This document shows, piece after piece, positions 59,399 to 64,000 of a stretch of 64,000 bases of DNA. The stretch spans positions 4,095,513-4,159,512 of the forward strand of contig OY968796.1 of assembly GCA_963695545.1 (NCBI GenBank). The letters are read 5' to 3'. The translations under genes and the position numbers were made by a program. This DNA comes from Terriglobia bacterium. GTDB taxonomy: Bacteria > Acidobacteriota > Terriglobia > Acidiferrales > UBA7541. The notes under the pieces were generated by a model. It was not told the origin of the DNA, did not search any database, and saw nothing but the letters and a program-made list of their open reading frames with translations. Numbering within the stretch: the first letter of the stretch is position 1; each line of letters begins with the position of its first letter.

Positions 59399-61832
59399 CC
59401 GAATCTTCAAGAATTACAACGAGACCGGCTCTCTCAGTGAGCTGATCAACCTCTACGGCTTTATCGGTCCGCACGTTTTTCTCACCAAGAGCGGGGATGT
59501 CGGCATCATCCTCGAAGTTCGCGGCGTCGATTACGAGTGTCTCGACGACGCTTCGATTGACGGTTTCACGAAGCGGCTTGAATCGGCGCTGAAGCTGTTC
59601 GATGAAAACTACCGCGTCTACCAATACCTCTTCAAGCGCAACAACGAGACCATCCCCTACAAGCTCTACGCCAACCCCATCGTAGACACCGCGATCAAAA
59701 ATCGCATCGCCTACCTGGCAAGCAAGGCCGACACGCTCTTTTCCCTGTCGGTGTATTACGTGGTGCTGTACCAGGGATTTCAGACTTCAGCCAAGCTCGG
59801 AAGCGCGCTCGCCGAGTTTCCCAAGAATCCGAAAAAAGCCGTTGCCGATCTGCGGGCGCATTTTTCTGGTCAGAAGCAAATCGTGGTTCTTGGCCAGCAC
59901 GTCAGCAATGCCCAGGCAGCGCTGCTTCAAAAAGCCCGCAGCTTCATCCTCCAAGTCAGCGACTTCCTCGCTGTTCGGATGCTCGACAAACAGGAAGCCT
60001 TCCGCGTTCTCAAGAGAACGCTCAACTTCCATCCCGACAAACTCGAACTCGCCAAACTCAAATACGACACCTTCCTCGACTACTACCTCCCCGAATCGCC
60101 CGTCGAATGCCATCGCGGGCATCTGCGCGTGGACGACTACTACGTCAAGGTCTTGACGCTCAAGGAACCTTCCGCCCAGAGCTTTCCGCTCATCTTCAAA
60201 CGACTGCTCGAAGTGGAAGCGAACTATTACGTCGTGACGGAATGGAAAAAGGAAGATTCCGGCAAGATGCGCCGGGTCATCCAGACCAAGCGCCGCCATT
60301 TTCACAACACCAAGCGTTCGTTCGTCAGCCAAGTCAACATGAACGACGCGGCTCCGCAGGATGTGTTGCTCGACGATTCAAAGGAATCCCAGGTCAGGGA
60401 ACTCGGCGAAGGCATCAAGGAGATCGAGCTGCACGGGAATTACTTTGGTCAGTTCTCGCTGACCGTCGTGATTTACGACCTGGACATGGCCAAAGTGGAC
60501 CGGGCGTGCGCCGACTTCTATAAAGTTTTCAGCGTCCACGATGCCCAGCTCTATGAAGAAAAATACAACCTCCTGAACGCCTTTCTCGCGGCGGTTCCCG
60601 GCAACCACGTCTTCAACTTGCGTTCCCTGTATCTGCTCAACACCAACTATGCGGATTTCTCGTTCCTCTTCACCCTTCACTGTGGCGAGCCTCGGAATAG
60701 CCATCTCCGGCAGGAATATCTCGCGGTCCTTGAGACCAACCACCACACCCCCTACTTCTTAAATCTCCACTACCGGGATGTCGCCCACACCATGATTCTC
60801 GGGCGAACGGGGGCTGGAAAATCGTTCCTGCTGAATTTCCTCATCACCAATCTCCAGAAATACGATCCGCACACGTTCATCTTCGACCTGGGCGGGAGCT
60901 TTGAAAGCCTCACACAGCTTTTCGGCGGCTCGTATGTTCGCGTCGGCCTTGAATCCGAGGATTTCAAGATCAATCCGTTTTCGCTGCCACCGACGAAGGA
61001 AAACCTCGATTTCCTCGCGCTCTTCTTGAAAGTGTTGATTCAGGGACAGAGGGCGGGCGAGCTCGACCCTGCCACCGAGCGCGACCTCTTCCACCAAGTC
61101 GAAAACCTGTATGCGGTGGACCCGGCGCTGCGCACGCTGGGCGTGCTGGCGAACACGCTCGGGCACGACATTTCGAGCCGCCTCTCCAAATGGACCCGAG
61201 GCGGCCAGTTCGGATTCCTCTTCGACAACGCCGAGGACACGATTTCGTTCTCCCGCTTTCAGTGCTTCGACTTCCAGCGCATGAGCCAGTACCCGGAACT
61301 CCTGGAACCGCTGCTCTTCTACATTCTGCATCGCGCCAATGCCGTCATCGCGGATCGTCAGATTTCATCCGTTTTCAAAGCCTTCTTCATCGATGAAGCG
61401 TGGGTGTTCCTCAAGAATCCCAGCATTCAACGGTACGTCGTCGAAGCCCTCAAGACTTGGCGGAAGCACAACGCCGCGATGGTCCTCTCGACGCAATCCC
61501 TCGACGAACTGAAGCGCTCGGACATCCTCGACGTAATCATCGAAAGCTGCGCCACCAAAATCTTCCTCGCGAACCCTGACATGGACCGCGATCTCTACCG
61601 TCGCCAGTTTCACTTGAACGAAAACGAAGTCGAGCTCATCTCGGGCCTCATCCCCAAGCAGCAATTCCTGATTAAGACGCCGGAGTTGGCGAAGGTCGCC
61701 AATCTCACCGTGGACGCCAAGAGCTATTGGCTCTACACGAACGACCCCTACGACAACAAGAAACGGAAAGAAGCATTCGAGACCTACGGCTTCGAACGAG
61801 GCCTGGAAGTTCTCGCGGGAGGACAGCCGTGA
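59385..61832 (+). CDS. virB4: VirB4/TrbE family T4SS ATPase
   Basis: GRTGAGKS, FFIDEAW, RK.N...STQS and KIFLAN motifs. Confidence 0.92.
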   Translation: MLRLSRIFKNYNETGSLSELINLYGFIGPHVFLTKSGDVGIILEVRGVDYECLDDASIDGFTKRLESALKLFDENYRVYQYLFKRNNETIPYKLYANPIVDTAIKNRIAYLASKADTLFSLSVYYVVLYQGFQTSAKLGSALAEFPKNPKKAVADLRAHFSGQKQIVVLGQHVSNAQAALLQKARSFILQVSDFLAVRMLDKQEAFRVLKRTLNFHPDKLELAKLKYDTFLDYYLPESPVECHRGHLRVDDYYVKVLTLKEPSAQSFPLIFKRLLEVEANYYVVTEWKKEDSGKMRRVIQTKRRHFHNTKRSFVSQVNMNDAAPQDVLLDDSKESQVRELGEGIKEIELHGNYFGQFSLTVVIYDLDMAKVDRACADFYKVFSVHDAQLYEEKYNLLNAFLAAVPGNHVFNLRSLYLLNTNYADFSFLFTLHCGEPRNSHLRQEYLAVLETNHHTPYFLNLHYRDVAHTMILGRTGAGKSFLLNFLITNLQKYDPHTFIFDLGGSFESLTQLFGGSYVRVGLESEDFKINPFSLPPTKENLDFLALFLKVLIQGQRAGELDPATERDLFHQVENLYAVDPALRTLGVLANTLGHDISSRLSKWTRGGQFGFLFDNAEDTISFSRFQCFDFQRMSQYPELLEPLLFYILHRANAVIADRQISSVFKAFFIDEAWVFLKNPSIQRYVVEALKTWRKHNAAMVLSTQSLDELKRSDILDVIIESCATKIFLANPDMDRDLYRRQFHLNENEVELISGLIPKQQFLIKTPELAKVANLTVDAKSYWLYTNDPYDNKKRKEAFETYGFERGLEVLAGGQP

Positions 61833-62017
61833 TTGCTCATTGCTCTCTCGAATCGTGGATGGCGGAGAGCGACCCGCTTTACGTATTCCTGCCCCTCGCG
61901 CTCGCGGGATTCGCGACCGCAATCATTTTCGGTATCCAGTTGTTACTCGGGGGCTTTTCCCGTCGCGGCCAAGGTTCCCAGCAACACCAATCACTCTCAA
62001 AAGGAGCAAGTCAATGA
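61829..62017 (+). CDS. Small single-pass membrane protein (62 aa) between virB4 and virB9
   Basis: GTGA overlap with the virB4 stop and ATGA overlap with the virB9 start; hydrophobic YVFLPLALAGFATAIIFGIQLLLG. Confidence 0.5.
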   Translation: MIAHCSLESWMAESDPLYVFLPLALAGFATAIIFGIQLLLGGFSRRGQGSQQHQSLSKGASQ

Positions 62018-62869
62018 AACAAATGTTTCACACTCAGTTGCGCAGGTTTTTCTTTCGGGTGTTCGCCGTCCTGGCTGTGGGCGCAGTCGTTTTCAACGCT
62101 TCGCCCACGCACGCCGCAACGGAAGCAGCGGCGCGCGTCGTGAAGTATTCGAAGGAAGACATTGTCCCCGTCCGCGCCAAGCTCCGGTTTTCAACGCTCA
62201 TCGTTCTACCCGAGGACGAGGAGATTCTCGACTTCACCACCGGCGATAAAGAATTCTGGGTCATCAACGGCGCGCATAACCTCTGCTACGTCCACCCGGC
62301 CCAGGCCGGCATTCGCAGCAATCTGAATCTCATCACCGCGAGCGGACACGTGTATTCGTTTCTGCTGACCGAAATCAGCAACCAGCCGAATGCCGAGCCC
62401 GATCTGAAAATCTTCATCGAACCCAAGGAAGGCTCCGGGATCGCGGTGAGCACCGGGCTGCGCGGCTATGTAAGCGCTGGCGAGGCGGAAGCATACAAGA
62501 AGGAATTGGAAACGCTCCGCTCCCAGACGGCAGATCAAATCCACGCGGCGCAAGCCCAGTCCACCGAGCAGCTCAACCATGTTCCGCTCCAGTTACGCCA
62601 CGAAACTCCAATTCGACTACCCGCTCGACTCGAAAGCTGGCCGCGAGCCGTTCCTGGTCTCCGCCATCTACCACGACGATTCGTTCACTTACATCAAGTG
62701 CGGCGCGCGGGAAAAGCCCGCTCTCTATGAAATCAAGGATGGCAAGCCCAACTTGATCTCTTTTCAGTTTGAGAACGGCGTTTACATCGCGCCCAAGATC
62801 ATCGACACCGGCTACCTCGCCATCGGCAAAAAGAAACTGCCGTTTGCGCGCCGCGTTTCCGCGAACTGA
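62014..62869 (+). CDS. virB9: TrbG/VirB9 family protein, split by a +1 frameshift near 62579
   Basis: Signal peptide, STLIVLP.DE.I...GD, SNLNLIT; second half YHDDSFTYI...PALYE in the other frame. Confidence 0.78.
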
Positions 62870-62879
62870 GGAGCCGACG

Positions 62880-64000
62880 ATGAACCAACCGAACCAACCC
62901 GCACAAGTTCAGGACAAAGCGCAGAAACCCCAAGGCCTTCTGCCGAAGAACGTCCAGTCCTGGCTTCTCATCGGACTGGCGTTTCTCATGGTCGCCATCA
63001 TGTGGCTGACCGGGGGCAAGAAGCCGCAACCGCCAGCCAAAGCAGCGTCGCCCGCCACTCTGGTCCAGGCACCCCTCGAAGTTAACGAAACCAAGATTGC
63101 CGAAATGCAGAACCGCATTCAGGATTTGCAGCGCCAGCAACTTGTCGCACAGACCGCTCTTACCCAGCAAACTCGCTTGCTCGGTGCCGCCCCTCAAGAT
63201 TCACAAGAATCCCAGCAGCAAAGCGCGTCCGGTATCCCGCCCGACCAGCGAGCGGAGGACCCCATTCAGGCGGAGCGGAAGAGACGTGCCTACGTGTCGC
63301 TGTTTGCTTCGAATGTCGCTCTGACCTACCGCAAAACTCCGCCAGCTCCGCCAACCGCGCCAGCGCCTGAACCCGAAGTAGATCCTGCCGCCCAGAGCCT
63401 CGTCCCCGTGGGACCCGACTCCCCTCAGGTCGCGCAACTCTTGAAACAGATGCAGCCCAACCCGATTTCTCCCGTCCCAGCCCGCAACGATTTCGCGGAA
63501 ACAACCAAGGATCGAAAGGAGGAAACCAGAAATCCTGCCGCCGTACCGGCTGGCTCCGCCAATGCGGCGGCAGGAAAAACCTACGTACTCTTTGAAGGAA
63601 CCATTCTCGAAACCGTTCTCATCAACCGCCTCGACGGAGGCTTTGCAGGTCCCGTCGAGTGCCTGCTTTCAACCGACGTTTACTCGAACGACCGCCAGCA
63701 CCTGCTGATTCCGGCAGGCTCAAAGTTGTTGGGTGAAACGAAAAAGGTGGACACCTTCGGCCAGACACGTCTGGCCGTCGTTTTCCATCGCGTGCTCATG
63801 CCCGACGGGTATTCCGTCAGCCTCGATCAATTCAAGGGGCTCAACCAAATCGGCGACACCGGGTTGCGGGATCAGGTCAACAACCACTATCTCCGCATCT
63901 TCGGGGTGTCGCTGGCGGTTGGCGCTCTCGGAGCCGTTGCCGAGGCCGGAACAGCTGGTTCTCTCAACGCATCCAGTTCTGACCTCATGCGCCAGGGATT
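62880..64000 (+). CDS. virB10: TrbI/VirB10 family protein (partial, runs off the right edge)
   Basis: N-terminal TM, Pro-rich linker, YVLFEGTILETVLINRLDG...LLIPAGSKLLG...GLRDQVNNHY. Confidence 0.88.
   Translation, partial: MNQPNQPAQVQDKAQKPQGLLPKNVQSWLLIGLAFLMVAIMWLTGGKKPQPPAKAASPATLVQAPLEVNETKIAEMQNRIQDLQRQQLVAQTALTQQTRLLGAAPQDSQESQQQSASGIPPDQRAEDPIQAERKRRAYVSLFASNVALTYRKTPPAPPTAPAPEPEVDPAAQSLVPVGPDSPQVAQLLKQMQPNPISPVPARNDFAETTKDRKEETRNPAAVPAGSANAAAGKTYVLFEGTILETVLINRLDGGFAGPVECLLSTDVYSNDRQHLLIPAGSKLLGETKKVDTFGQTRLAVVFHRVLMPDGYSVSLDQFKGLNQIGDTGLRDQVNNHYLRIFGVSLAVGALGAVAEAGTAGSLNASSSDLMRQG

Larger units (their letters stand above)
34640..64000. mobile_element. Integrative conjugative element / genomic island with defence cargo; right end outside the window
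   Basis: Begins at a tRNA-Pro half; visibly lower GC; carries ArdC, SSB, virB2/3/4/9/10, AbiE and R-M genes. No integrase or relaxase seen in the window. Confidence 0.75.

Overview
64-kb window, probably from an Acidobacteria-like high-GC genome (lineage inferred from gene content only). About 1-31 kb is chromosomal: egtB-egtD, a cNMP-domain thioredoxin-reductase-like gene, a NiCoT transporter, amidase-GerMN-rph-rdgB-nth, a sugar-acid (glucarate-type) catabolic cluster, a RelE-like toxin-antitoxin pair, and a CHASE3/multi-PAS kinase with three receiver proteins and a REC-PAS-GGDEF-EAL protein. From about 31.2 kb, two ~215-bp direct repeats, each with a promoter and the 5' half of a tRNA-Pro gene, flank a VOC-MBL-DJ-1-VOC block. 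They mark the left edge of a lower-GC integrative conjugative element that runs off the right end (ArdC, SSB, sigma/anti-sigma-like pair, virB2-3-4-9-10). Its cargo is a defence island: AbiE, a type I R-M operon with embedded Mrr and TIGR02391 genes, and a STAND-like NTPase paired with a HEPN-like/CCA-tail protein. The best candidate for an undescribed system is an 11-gene operon (34970-39214). In it, seven small paralogous HTH proteins, one missed by the ORF track, sit in groups of 2-3 ahead of two Swt1-like HEPN RNases and a wHTH/PD-(D/E)XK nuclease pair. All family calls come from motif recognition by eye; no searches were run.
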